This document shows positions 13,151 to 26,200 of a stretch of DNA of 64,000 bases, piece by piece. The stretch's first letter is position 1. Every line of letters begins with the position of its first letter. Under the pieces are notes generated by a model. It was not told the origin of the DNA and did not search any database. It was given only the letters and a program-made list of their open reading frames with translations. This stretch comes from Dimorphilus gyrociliatus (lineage: Eukaryota > Animalia > Annelida), in contig CAJFCJ010000015.1 in assembly GCA_904063045.1 (NCBI GenBank), positions 1,185,034-1,249,033 of the forward strand, read 5' to 3'. The position numbers and the translations under genes are program-made.

Positions 13151-14676
13151 TCATAGTACTTGAAACTTAATACCATGAGAATCCAGTTTTTGTATTAGAG
13201 ATGTTTTAGCAAAAGCGTAACCAGGTGGTAAAACTCCTCCGCTGAAAGATAAAAATATTGTTTAGTTTATATGAGATTGTGAGAAAAAAAAGAAAAGAAT
13301 TAAAAAACACAAACTTTCCAGGCATTTTATCTTTTTCAAGTAATATTGAATAAGCACATTGAACCATTGCAATTGGAGTAGAAATATAGCCGGCCTCTAT
13401 AAAATGAATAAAAAAAATCCATTTAAATGCTATACTGTATGTATACTTATAATATATATATATAAATTTATATATCGATTGTGTACCTGGTCCGTAAACT
13501 GTTGTTGTAATCATTTTATCTGGTATATCGACGTGATCGACATTGACCGGTTGCTTTTCTTTATAACCGTTCCCTTTAAAAGTCATTTTGAAGGTGGCTG
13601 CTTTCATCTGTTTTTCATTCGGTCCTTCGTGCGAGAAGGTGCCAGCTGTAAAGAATTTAGGGAATTTTTCAAGAAGGCTTCTCCCAAGTGCGAATTTTGC
13701 CAAAAAGGAAAAGACAAAGCCGAATACAAGTGCCTTAACCAAACCAAAAGTTGTGCTACCTAAGCTATTATAGGGAGCGAATTGGATAGGTCTTAAGCTA
13801 TCTTCTTCATAAAATAGACGCTGTGAACGGGACACAACAGATCTATCGCTTCCAGGAAATGGCATAAAATAAGAATTTAGCACATCTGACCAAAAGTAGC
13901 TTCCTCTATTCTTTAGCTTGTGACTAGGTCTTGGTAATTTAGTAGTAAACAAACTCTTTCTAAGTGTTGCTAATTCGTTCGCATTGGCAAAACCGTGTAT
14001 TGCAGATTGGTAAGTTGCAAAATGTAGAACTATTTTCTCTGTTGAATTTAATTCAATAAAACTTTCAACAGCGTTCAAGTCTCCGTCAAAATTATCTCTT
14101 GTATAAATAACTCCCATTTCAGCGGGGATACTATCCCATCCGCAGGATCCAATAATGTAGACGTTATTTTCCTTAGCCTTTGCATCATAATGCAATTGCA
14201 TTTTTTCCAAGAATTGAGGTTCACCACTAATATCAATGTGATGAGCTCTTCCTTCGACACAGGCTTTTACGACTGGCTCTCCAAAAAATCTATAAGGTCC
14301 AACGCAATTGAGCACAATCTTAGCTGATTCTGCCATCTTAACAAGGCTATCATAATAATTTGTATCTGCGATAATAATATCTATGTCCTCTAGATCCTGT
14401 CTGTCTATTAAAAATGGCGGTTAAAAGCACTAAAATAAGCATTACACGATGTTTGGTTACATCTAATTGAATCTGAATTAGTAGTTAATACTTACTCATT
14501 CTTTCTGCAGCTTTTCCAAGTGCTTCTTGAAGAGTTCTCATTTTTCGACCGGCAACAGCCCATTTCAAATTTGGTATTTCTGATTCAGTTCTTACAACTT
14601 CATCGATGACATATTTTCCAGTGAAACCGGTTGCACCAAAGATGACAATATCATACTTTTTGGTAGCTTCAGACAT
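13151..14676 (-). CDS. SCCPDH: Saccharopine dehydrogenase-like oxidoreductase; 4 exons (14676-14496, 14404-13487, 13396-13315, 13241-13151), ~423 aa
   Basis: YDIVIFGATGFTGKY, WAVAGR, NCVGPYRFFGEPVVKAC, DISGEPQF, GWDSIPAEMG, GGVLPPGYAF. Introns are GT-AG and in phase. Confidence 0.93.
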
Positions 14677-14747
14677 AGTTTTTGATAAGGTTTAACGTTT
14701 GACTATCGCACTCGTCCCAGAAACAGACTGTCATGTAAGAGATATTA

Positions 14748-14788
14748 GCGCCATCTGTTTCATTAGAATCAGCCCGCACTAGGGGCCT
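14748..14788. promoter_or_regulatory. CTCF-like sites upstream of SCCPDH (CAGATGGCGCTA on minus; GCACTAGGGGCC on plus)
   Basis: Motif match 70-110 bp upstream of the ATG. Confidence 0.45.
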
Positions 14789-15024
14789 CTAACAGCTGTG
14801 AGTAATAAAACGCTTTTCCTATTAAAAGTTTAGCAAACAACCTACTTTTGAACATAATGTAAAAAAGTAATTGAATAAATGAATCGATATAGTTCAAGTA
14901 TCATATTTCAAATTATAAAAATACAGATCTAAAAAAGGAGAGTTAATTTAAGCTTTTTACTTAAAAAATACTATAGAAAATTGCTAAACCACTTTAATTT
15001 AATTTTTAAATTGACATGCATACT

Positions 15025-15066
15025 TATATATATATATATATTGTATATATATATATATATATATAA
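15025..15066. repeat. Interrupted (TA)n microsatellite
   Basis: Seen directly. Confidence 0.9.
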
Positions 15067-15659
15067 TGTAATTGAATTTTTAAACCACTGTTTTCTTTAG
15101 TTTTATTATTAACTTTAGGTGAAATAGAAATACTTTGAATATTTAGTTATATCATTGAATATTTAGAATATTAACTTTATACGTGTAATATTGTAATTTG
15201 TGCATTTCATTTGTCGTGATTACAGATTATTATGAACTTTGTAAACTTTACAGGATTTCAAAGATGAACTGATAATATGTAAGAACAAAATTTGACATTT
15301 TGACAAGATTTTAATTCCGTTGTAAAAGATACGACTGCTTTCCTCTATCTTCCTTTAATAGATATAGCAGATATCATATATTTAATTAGGAAACAAATAA
15401 TTATTTGTAAGAATTTACGATTGTATTCTGATTGTTACTTTGTTAGGAGAAGAACTAGATGCTGATTGGCCGAATCGTCTTATATTTTTGAGTGATAATT
15501 GGGAGGGTAGGGCAAACTGGGAAAACCGGTCAAAAAAACACCACAGTTGACCGGTTTTTGTTATGAAATTGACGATTGAGTTGATATCTCAACTTTTTTA
15601 CAACATTGAGAAGTTATGTGATTGCTAACTGAGCGTTGAATCATTAACATCTTGGTAAA

Positions 15660-17480
15660 ATGGCGACCGACGAATCGAACCATAAAATGATAAGATACAG
15701 TAACGTTTTGGCGGCAACAAGGTCTGGCAATTTAAGTGAGTTAAGAAGATTGCTCGACGAAGGGCATCCTATAGACTGCAAAGATAATCAGAATTGGATT
15801 GCATTACATGCAGCATGCTACGAAGGTTATTCAAATATTTTACTGTTCCTTTTGAACTACGCGAGGGAAAACGAATTGGCTTGTGACATTAATTACAGAA
15901 GTCACGAAGGTTTTACACCTATCTTTATTGCAATTCGAGAAGGTTTTCGCGAATGTGTTGAGATTCTACTGGAATATGGTGCTGACGTGCGTGTTGGAGT
16001 TGATGGTTTGGGAGATATAACTGTCTTATTTGGGGAAAATGATGACCAAAGAAACAACTGCTTCCAATGCTTTCTCGAATGGATTGAAGCGAACGAGAAT
16101 GGAGAAGAAATCCTCAAAATTCTAGATGGTTCAAATAATAGTTGGATGGAAGTAGTCGTTAGGGCAGCCCTACGTAATAATCCTACAGCCCTGGATCTCG
16201 TAATACGTCACTGCCGCTCATATTTAGTATTTACAACAGTAGTTCGTGTTGTTTTATTCTCAATTAGCCACTCAGGAAAAGATAATATGATAAATATGCT
16301 TCGTAACTATTTGGGAGATGAAGAATACATTAGTATAGTAACTCATTTATTCAGGGAAAAGCCGTCTGCTGTGGTTTGGAATGTAGAAAAAGAGATATCA
16401 TTGCCTCTGGCTCTTTGTTATATAAAAGCTGACAATCCTTCGAAGGTGCCTATTTTTCTAGGAGAGTGTTGTGGAGCAGAATATTTTTGGGAGTTAATGG
16501 GTTCCGTTGAACGATATGAGGTAGCCTTAATGAGCTTACCTTTAGTTCTTGATTCGTACGGTCAAGAGATTATTGATTGGTTTACGAAAAAATTTGATAA
16601 AGAGCTAGGATCTATTAAAATATATGGAAAGAGAGTTGTGCAATATGCTTCCATTTACGTATCTAGGAGTAAATTCCTTAGAGCTTTCTCGAGCGTTGGT
16701 ATACCTGCTACATTGAGCATTACCTCCCTCTGCATTAACTGCAATAACTTAGACCTACTTTTAAAATTAGGCGCTCCTGTCAACGCGCCATATTCATTTC
16801 ACATACCGCCTATTGGCCTCTGTTTGGAGTTGCAAAATTTTAAAGGGGCCTGTACATTACTCGAAGCAGGGGCAGCTTGTTATCATTCTTTCGTTGGACA
16901 AGAAATGAAGGGTAATCATATTATGCTTCAAGCATTATACGGCGGTTGGAAGTCAACATTACTTTTACAGAAGTTAGGAGTTTCTTTAGAATCCTTAATT
17001 AATTTTGAACGTAGTTACGCAGGCTATCAATTCAAACTTTCTACAGTATTCTATTATTTTAATCAATATAGTCAATGGAGAACCTTACTTAATATTCTAT
17101 TGAAATGGTTTAAATTACCATTTGAAGTGGAGGTAGCTAAAAAATGTTATGAATATTTAACAGCAAACTCATGGAATAAATCAGTATGGTCGCAAATATT
17201 AAGAGAAGAGTTGAGTACATTTGAAAAACCTCTTTTAATGACTTTGAAGCATTTGAGTACTCTTACCTTAAGAAAGCATTTAAAATTTGAGTCATTTCAA
17301 AATCCTAAGTTATTATGTGAGAAATTGAATATTCCTGAAGGTATTATATTATATGTCTACGGTATAGATATTCCTATGACAGGTCGTGATAGCATTTTTC
17401 GAGTCGATAATTATGAAATTAGTCGATCTAATTATTTGAAACAACTATTTATTTGGTTAGAAACGGTAGAAGAAGATTAA
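15660..17480 (+). CDS. Intronless ankyrin-repeat protein with C-terminal SOCS box (ASB-like), 606 aa
   Basis: N-terminal ankyrin repeats (WIALHAAC..G, GFTPIFIAIREG..CVEILLEYGAD), further degenerate repeats (LLLKLGAPVN, LLEAGA) and SOCS-box-like MTLKHLSTLTLRKHL...LNIPEGIILYV. Confidence 0.8.
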   Translation: MATDESNHKMIRYSNVLAATRSGNLSELRRLLDEGHPIDCKDNQNWIALHAACYEGYSNILLFLLNYARENELACDINYRSHEGFTPIFIAIREGFRECVEILLEYGADVRVGVDGLGDITVLFGENDDQRNNCFQCFLEWIEANENGEEILKILDGSNNSWMEVVVRAALRNNPTALDLVIRHCRSYLVFTTVVRVVLFSISHSGKDNMINMLRNYLGDEEYISIVTHLFREKPSAVVWNVEKEISLPLALCYIKADNPSKVPIFLGECCGAEYFWELMGSVERYEVALMSLPLVLDSYGQEIIDWFTKKFDKELGSIKIYGKRVVQYASIYVSRSKFLRAFSSVGIPATLSITSLCINCNNLDLLLKLGAPVNAPYSFHIPPIGLCLELQNFKGACTLLEAGAACYHSFVGQEMKGNHIMLQALYGGWKSTLLLQKLGVSLESLINFERSYAGYQFKLSTVFYYFNQYSQWRTLLNILLKWFKLPFEVEVAKKCYEYLTANSWNKSVWSQILREELSTFEKPLLMTLKHLSTLTLRKHLKFESFQNPKLLCEKLNIPEGIILYVYGIDIPMTGRDSIFRVDNYEISRSNYLKQLFIWLETVEED

Positions 17481-17573
17481 GAGATGAATTGTGAACTCTA
17501 TATTCTTCTTCGTCGTTGTCGTAAGTGAGAAGTTCTTATTTAGAAAAATTTGCAAATTAATGAATAGTTTAAG

Positions 17574-17579
<6 letters not shown>

Positions 17580-17604
<25 letters not shown>
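17580..17604. repeat. (GA)n microsatellite
   Basis: Seen directly. Confidence 0.9.
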
Positions 17605-18003
17605 AACAACCAGAACAGATAAACAGACAGAGAGCGAGAAAGAATAGTTAAAGATTAAAAACGAAAAAATATATAAATAATTGTTTCTTATTTTTTTCTA
17701 GGTAACATATATTTTTGATAAAAATATTTATGTTACTTTCTTGCTCTTCTTCGCTGAATTGTATATTTTTGGAACTGTATCAGAAAGAACATTTTCAATG
17801 AATGATTTATTTAATTTATAGATTTTTTTTTGTTTTTTTTTGTTTTTTTTTTTTATAAAAAATAATTCTTTTGTTTTTTTGGCTTGTTTTAAAAATTGGT
17901 GATCTACAACAAAACAAAACAACTGCTTTCGCTGTCAATATGAAATTTCATTGTTTTTGTACAACTTGTTTTTCTATTTTTTCTAATTACAATATTTATA
18001 AAA

Positions 18004-21000
18004 CTATAATTTTATATCATCATTTGATAAGCTAGTAGAATAACTTGTAAAACTATATTGTGATGTGCTGTCACAATTTTCAAAATATTCTAATAGCCTA
18101 CCCTTACCAAATTCTCGAAATGCGATAAGTATAATAATTGAAGAGAGAACAAAGAGTGAACAAGAGATCAAAATTATCCATATATCTGATCTACTAGAAT
18201 AGTAGTTTTTCTTTAATTCAATTGATCTTCCAAGACAATTAAATTTCTTATCTTTTGGTTTTGGCGAAGTGCAAGATCGGTGTCTAGATCCATTTGACCA
18301 ATGGCTCCAGTTACTCCATTCTCCCCTTAATGGCCTCCAGCAAAGTGTCTGATGTCTTTGAGAGCAATTTGCTTCTAAAAAAGTATTAAAATAACACTTT
18401 TAACTTTAAGTAGAGGTAAAAAAGTACTAAATGACCTTTCCATTCCATTTTATTTTTTGTTATTGTAACTATAAAGCAGGTGCCTTTTAAAATATTTAAC
18501 TGAAATTTGTCAACAGTAAAGTTATCTCTCCATACAGTTTGCTGCCATCTAAATTCAGTTTTATTTACTCTCTCTAATCCTAACCATACAGTAATGTTTC
18601 CGAAAGTATCCGTTAAGAACTTTCCAAGGTTGTTCTTTAATTGAATATCGCTCATTTTTAGAACGTGCATATTTAGCTTGGAACAATAGCTAAAAGCTTC
18701 TCTACGTGTCATATAACCCCCAGAAGTTAAACAGTAAGCAGAGTAGTTATCCTGAAATAATGTAGGTGTTTCACAAATTTTTATTTTTTTAAACAAACAA
18801 CTTAAATCGGAAATTCTGTAAAAAGAATCTTCTATATTTTGATTAATGAATGAACATAAGTTGTTAGAGAGAGTGCAATCAAAGCTTTTATTCCCTTCTA
18901 GATATTTTATCCTAAGCTCTAAACATTTAGGTGTATTTAGACAAGCAGTTACGCAATTTTTCCTGAAATGTGAAATGTGAATTAAGCTAATTGGTTAATT
19001 ACATTTTTTTATGTAATTATTGACCTTTTAACCTCATTATGGAATTCATACTTAAACTTGACCTTGTTTGTTTCTATGAATGTTTTATTAAGTGAGCCAC
19101 AGATATCCTTTTCCTCTATAATTGAAGGTGATGCTATTTCCAACATAATCCTATTATCCTGTCTGTATAATTTGCATAATCTTTGCTCAGTTTGAAGATT
19201 AAAAGATGATTTGCAAGGTTGTTTCTTAAAACTCCCTACAGGTGGTGGATCGTCACATTTTCTCTTTCTGTATTGTTTTAAGGAAGAGTAAGTTTGCCCG
19301 TTGCAAACGCATTTTGACCATTTTGTCCACCTTGACCAAGAACCTTCCAAAGGTCTTTGGCATATTGTTGTAAATGTATTATCTCTACAGTGAGATTCTA
19401 TGCTTAATCGAAACATCCCCGACAAATCTAACTTGCGACCTATTTTTAGAAGAGGACAATTAGATTTTCTAATTTTGCTTATATCAATTCCCAATCTCAG
19501 GCTACTCATTGGTTCGTAATTTTGAACGAAGTTGGAATCGTAATATGCGATTGATCCAATTAGTTTGACCCCTACCCATGCCAAATCATTTGATGGAAAG
19601 AACGTTTTGAAATTGTCGCTTATCCAATGGGGTCTCAGTAAGTTCATACCCATTTCCCTACAGAAGCCAACTGCGTTTAAATAAGTTTTATTCGCCGCAA
19701 TTGAAAAGCATAGATTTATCGAATGATCATAAAAAATGGGATAAGACTTTCCAGTAAAATTGCATAGTTTATGCGATTTTATAAAGATAAATTGTCCAGG
19801 AGCAAGATAAGAATATGTATAATCAGGCTTAGAATTGCAATAGCGATTAGTTAAACCGCAGAAACCTAATGATTTATTAGTATTATTAAATATTTAATAT
19901 CCTAATTTCAAATTAACCTTTAACCTTTGTTGGAACGTAAATTAATGAAGAGCAATTTCGGTTTTTACTACATTCCTTTCTACAATCTTTGAAGCTAATA
20001 TTAGAAATGTAATTAGCTCCATTTTCATTGTACTTGTAACCTTTAAACTTTTTGAATTTCTCGAAGGAGTATTCCAGAAGATGAAAAGGACCGCAAAATC
20101 CCCATTTACCCGGTAAATATAAATTAAAAATCACATTATTTTCTTCATACTGCTCTTTGGGAAAGACCTTTCTCTCTTTTTTGCAGAAAACTTTAATGCC
20201 AACATTATTATGACAAAATTGCCTTTTTTTATTAATAGTCATGGGAATTTCAAAGAAATGTCTTGGAGTAAAATTCCTATAATTTGTAATATTTTTAATA
20301 AAGTAACCAATGAAATTATAAGGGAAAATTTCTGTTATTGCAGTAATATCTCCTAAGCCAAAACTGGAACAAGTACCTTGGGAAATTACTTTTGAGTAGT
20401 CTTTAAATTTGTTTAATAAGGAATTATCCAAACAAACTTTGGTTAATCTACCGTTCCAGTTTAATAGAATATGACCACAAATGCTCTTCATCTTTTTCTC
20501 GTTGATAACTCCTGTCTTTCCACGAATTCCTAATCCACTCAAATTACATTCATCACTCTATCTTGTCAAAGAAAATGGCGTTTTTTTTCTATTCGTGAAA
20601 AACGACTTTTGTTAACTTACCTTCATTTTTCTTAATAAAATCAACTTGTCCATAGATTCTAAATCGAGAATATTCACTTCGGATGTTTTATATAAAGAAT
20701 AGTTAGCTGTGTGAAACTCATGTCGTTCTCTATTAAGAGGCAGACTTTCCATCTTTGGATAGCAATAATGGTTTTCATTCAACGGGTCGCAATAGTGATT
20801 AATGAACTTTTTTGCTTTAGCATCATCTCCAATAAAAGGTAAGCTTTTTACAGTTTTGATGTCTCTTTCCATCGTAAATTTTATATTACTTGACCATCCG
20901 TGTAGAGGTCTATAGCATATTGCAGTAGCAATATCCCTTAAACAATCTAAAGGAACGCCGTGTCTCTGATAAATTTTAAAGTTCTTAAGAGTAGCTTTAG

Positions 21001-22913
21001 TTAATCTTGAAATAATCCTTGGAATAGAATGATAAATGAGACCATATTGGCATTTACTCCTTTCGAAAATCCATTGGTTAAAAGGTTCTTCTTCGAGATT
21101 TACGAGTTCCTTTTTTTTAAAATTAGACGACCACCAGAATTGCCCTTTTTCCCTTATCAAGCCTAACCAAATTAATTCTCCTTTCGTGGAAAAGAAGGTT
21201 CTTATGTTTGATGGAATGCCTTCCTTAGTTACCCTTAATAAATCCATTCCGACACTTTTACACTTCTCAATAGCCGTTTGCCACTATAAAACAAGATAAA
21301 TGATTATTCCATGACGGCTAGATGAAAGAAGATAATATAATTGATAATATGCTGATTACCTTCATCCCAGGGAAAATACTGTAACAAGTTGCAGTATCAC
21401 TATCGAAAAAGAAATTTATATCGCTTTCGCTATTAAAAGGATTGTTAGACGAGCATTTCTTCGAAATCTTAAGATATAGATTCTGCCCCGGACTTAAATA
21501 TATATATCTGGGAATGCCTGGACATTGTTCATTTGTATATGAACAGATAGTCCTTGTATGTAGCATTACGTAAATGAAAGCGACGCAATTTTTCGTATGA
21601 TAACAACCTAGAGCACATTCGTCAAGCGTTCTTGATTCATTATGCGCATTCGAACTATGGTAAGATTTATAAGCTTTTTCAATTAAATGAATAGGTCCAC
21701 ACATTTTCCAAATACCTAGTCCAGGTCTGAACATTTTAAACTGATAATCTGTCGTATTAAGCCGAATTAAAAATGGAGGATTCATCCGTATAAATCTATT
21801 ATCACAGTTAATTAATAACAATTTTTTACAGTCCCTAGTAGATTCCCAAATATATGGATTAACATCCAAAATATGTCTGACAGCTTTACGCATAGAAAGG
21901 TAGCTTTTTGCCTGGAAAGAAGCATGATTAGAAGATTTCACAGTCATCTCCTTTTTCCTTTTACCTTAAAGTTATTTTTAAACAATCTTGCTAAACTAGA
22001 ACTTAAACTGTATAAAGGTAAGATATATTTCAAATCTTTAGTGGCTTCAATTATCTTTATTGATTCTATTTGAGAAACATCCATGTTTACACTATGACAA
22101 ACGGCAGATGCAATTAAACGACCTTCCTCTATTGAGTCGTAATTATCGCGAAAGCAAAAAGTACCTAACCCACGCCTCAAACGGACCATTGGCAAACCAC
22201 AAAAACCATTATAACATATAATATTATCCAATTTACGTAAAACAACCATTCCATCTGTAGATATCACTTGTTGGCCAATCAGAGATGGTTCCCATTTTAG
22301 TCCATATTTGTCATTAATTCTATCGTAATATCGAAGATTTTGATAAGGAGGAAAACAATAGGGTTCTATCTTATGTAAATCCTTCATTATTTTCCTAATT
22401 ATTCTATTTTTAGGAAATTTTGCACTTCCGTACTTCGTGCTAATGAACTTTTCATAATTGCACACTGGTTTTGCTCTCCAGCACGATATAACGTTTGCAC
22501 TCCATTGTTTGTCGCAATTATAGTCAAAAAACTATTATTTAATTGTGTGTATTAGGTGAATGAATTAGAAGAAATGAAGGCTTACTGGAATAGAATATCG
22601 AATTCTTGATTCAACGTAAAAGCTACTCGCTTCGAAATCTTTAGTCTAGTTATGCATAATGAAAGTATATACTGTATATACAGTATATATTGATATATAC
22701 TGTATATATGATATATAGTAATACTATACTTACATAAATGATAAACCCTGTAAACTATAACAATAGAATAAGTAATAAAATGTAATGTTTATCATCGTTT
22801 TTATAACTTACCTTTCTATCGAATTTTGATTTAAATGATAAATCAATCGAACTAGTAAATACTATATGTAAATTATGTGAAAATATATAAACTTTTACAA
22901 AGAAATTATTCAT
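18004..22913 (-). CDS. Large type-I membrane protein: SRCR-like, PAN/apple, C-type lectin-like and TSP1 domains in three tandem modules, then TM and short tail; 9 exons (22913-22812, 22645-22586, 22531-21965, 21911-21360, 21283-20621, 20557-19918, 19865-19025, 18962-18436, 18374-18004), ~1440 aa
   Basis: Six ORF-track fragments join through eight GT-AG introns (seven of them 52-76 bp) with consistent phase. Three CTL-like domains (W[LV]G[LV] motifs, terminal C..C), TSP1 WSxWxxWS..R.R.C, PAN-like C..C..C, and TM IWIILISCSLFVLSSIIILIAF. The first two exons are less certain. Confidence 0.78.
22666..22689. repeat. Perfect 24-bp palindrome TATATACTGTATATACAGTATATA
   Basis: The sequence equals its own reverse complement. 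Confidence 0.9.
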
Positions 22914-23236
22914 TTTTTTTTTAAAAAACAAAAATTACTTTATGTAAATATTTTTATTTTTGTTTGTTTAGTTTAATTTCCTTTTTCCCCTCCCCTATTT
23001 TTTTTAAAAAAAAAAAAACAACAAAGAATCTAATTTTACATTTGCAAATTAATTTGTCAAATTTTGTTTCTAAAATCAAATAATCAGTTTATATTTTATT
23101 AACAAACAATGTATAGTATAAAAGAGCTTTGTAAAACAAAAAAAAAGTAGGTTTAAGTTGTTTGGAATCTGTAATATACAGTATATATAAATCACATATC
23201 TTTCTATATTTATACACCTATCAGCCTATAAAAACT

Positions 23237-26200
23237 TTACATTATGGTTTCTCTTTGATGTTGGGCTCTAGGATCTCTTATTGGAAGTGTTTCTGTTCTG
23301 TCGTATCTTCCCGCTGTGTCTATATCATTTCGCGAATTATATCTAGATCTACTCTGATCGTACACTGATTCGTCAAGATTTCCGTCGGCGTAGCCTGCAT
23401 CACCAATCCTATATGGAATAGGATATGGTTGACCCCTATCGTAGGCTAAGTGGTCTCTTGAGCCGAACCCCATATCTATCGTAGGGTGAGAATCTGCCGA
23501 TCTCATACTCTGTAAATCAACAACTGGCCTATGTGGTATTTGTAAACGTCGAATTTCATTCTCTCTTCTACCAGGAGGAGCATATTGAACGTCTGAACCA
23601 TAATAGGAAAATGAAGTATCTGTTGGGGACGGATTCTGATCATTCAGAGTTGTATGACCGAATGACTTGGAAGGGTATTCTTCGTGGTCTAAAGTTTCAT
23701 CTTGTGTTACTCCAGTTATATTTAACATGCGATTTGCCGCCGATCCTTTGTCAACAGGACCGCATTTTGGTCGTATTTTTTTGGTGGAACCAATCGAAGC
23801 AGCGTCCCAGCGAGAGTTTGAATGAAGGGAAGCTTGAGAACTCCTGAGACGAGATTTTGTCATCATTCTACGATCGTTCATTTCCCTGAAGAAAAATAAT
23901 TATTTAATAGAATTCTCACAAATACAAAAAAATTAGATTTCGAAGATAATTACTGTGCTCTTTCCCTCTTCTTAATTATGGCAAAGACTATTAGAATAAT
24001 CACTACAAACATAACAGCACCAACAACAGCACAGCAGACGATTATAACGGCTTTGTCAATAGTTTGACCTTTGTAAGGATCTCTTTCGCAAACGAACGGA
24101 TGCAGTTGATTACAATCATCGCTTTCTAAATCTTCATCTTCCAAAGTCATACAATCTCCTCTATCGTTGTAGTCGTCGCTATCCACCCACACTCTGAAGA
24201 ATTCAGTATAGTCTTTACCTTGAAGAGATGCTATGTAGTTAGAAAGGAATCTTTTCCTATTGCCATCTTTAGCAATAGCTAAAAGTGATCTCTCTCTCTT
24301 ACAATAGCTTTTCGCTTCAAAATATGTCATTGCTCCACCCATATAATAATAACATTTATTCTTATGTAGTCTCCATGTGGGCCAACATTTTCCTTGAACA
24401 ATTGTCTGATTTGATGTCAAGTGCGGTTCAAAATTAACAGCAATAAGATAATTATCATCTTTCCTATCCCATATTCGACCCATAACAAACGATCTTGTAG
24501 GATTTCCCCACCAATTATACTTTGCTTGAACGACAGGATGTTCATTTATTTTCGGATTGCTTCTATTAAATGTAACTAACTCGTATATATTCCAACGATT
24601 AAGGAAGAAATTATTGGTAAAAGATTGCTTAGCCGATTGAGCATACATAGTTGTTGAAAATGGTCCAATCGCCTCATTTTCCCAAAATGCATTATGTTTA
24701 TAATGCTGTTGTACAGAGGCTTGAATAGGTATCGACATATTCAATATGCAACCAGCTCTATTCCTTAGGATAAAGTTATTGCTAAAGTTGACAGAAATAT
24801 TGAACATTTCAATCGCATTCCTAAATTCGGCATCATTGTGTGCAATATAGTTATTTCTTATGGAGAAAACTTGAAAATAATGTCCAGATATCTCCATAGG
24901 TGATCCGTGAGAATTATGGACAATTACGTTATTCGATATATTGGCATAGATGGCATTTGATTTAGTTTTGACTACGGAATTTATCTTTAACCCGCCGTAG
25001 TTATATCCCAAGAAATTATTGGCAATAGTTAAATACTTTGAATTTTGGACTTGACCAAATATTACTGGAGGAGAGGTATTATTAAGAACTTTATAGCCGT
25101 TATGTTCCATTTTACAATGCTCAACAACAACTGCTGGATTTAATTCTCCTACATTTGAGAATGAAAATGCTCCTCGCTGATTATAAGTTAATACTGATTC
25201 CCTAATCCGCTGTCTTTCTCTATTCTCGAGATCAGGTGACCACTCAACGCTTGGGGGCAAAGATACAACTTCAGCTATGAATCCGTAAGAACCTGGTGCA
25301 GCTGACGCAGTTATTCTTAAACTCAGAGTATCAATATTTCCGTTAGTTTCATATTTTTTAGCTTTCATTTTATCAGAACTAGTAGCATTGACAGATCCCA
25401 ACAACCAATAATCGTCAAAGAATTCCGTTTGGTATATTTCAACCGCATTGTCATAGAAAGAATCATTATACATGTTAAACTGTAAAAATCGGAAGCCAAG
25501 ATTCTTCTTCCTTTCCTTTGACCTGAATATCTTCAAGCAATCAATATTTTCGAACGAATATTTGTGATAGACGAGTACTCTTTTATCAACAGTAATTAGA
25601 CGATCTACAGTGCACATTCTTACTATTCCTTGAACATCATAAGGTATTGTTGAATCGACAAGTGGAATATAGCTGGGAATATCATTGGTATAATCTGAAT
25701 CTCCTCTCAAGACAATTGTACCTAGACCGTAACCCGATACATCTTTGACTACCGTTCTCTCAACGTCGAAAGCTCCTTTTGGGGATATAAAATCAAAGCC
25801 GTTCCAAGCACAGTTTTTAATTTCTACATGCTTAATTGCAGGCGTTTGATACACAGACTCAACTGCAGCTGCTCTTTCGCCGTGTAACATTCCAGCACCT
25901 TCGATGTTGACATATTCTAAAATGGATTCACCTGCAACAGTTAACCCGACATCTAGAAAAGTACTAGAAAATCGAATATTGCCCCAGAAATGTTTAGTTT
26001 TTTCAATTTTCCGAGGACCACATCTTGTATAGACATACTGTCTATTTTTCATACACGCTAGAACGTGAAAATTGAGCTTATATCTACAGGATTCCAAGCT
26101 ATCTTCGGTTCCATCGCATATGAAAGTATCTCTCCAAAACCATTCAACAACTTGTTCATGCATTTTAGGATAGCCAAGAACGAACCAATCGTAATATCTA

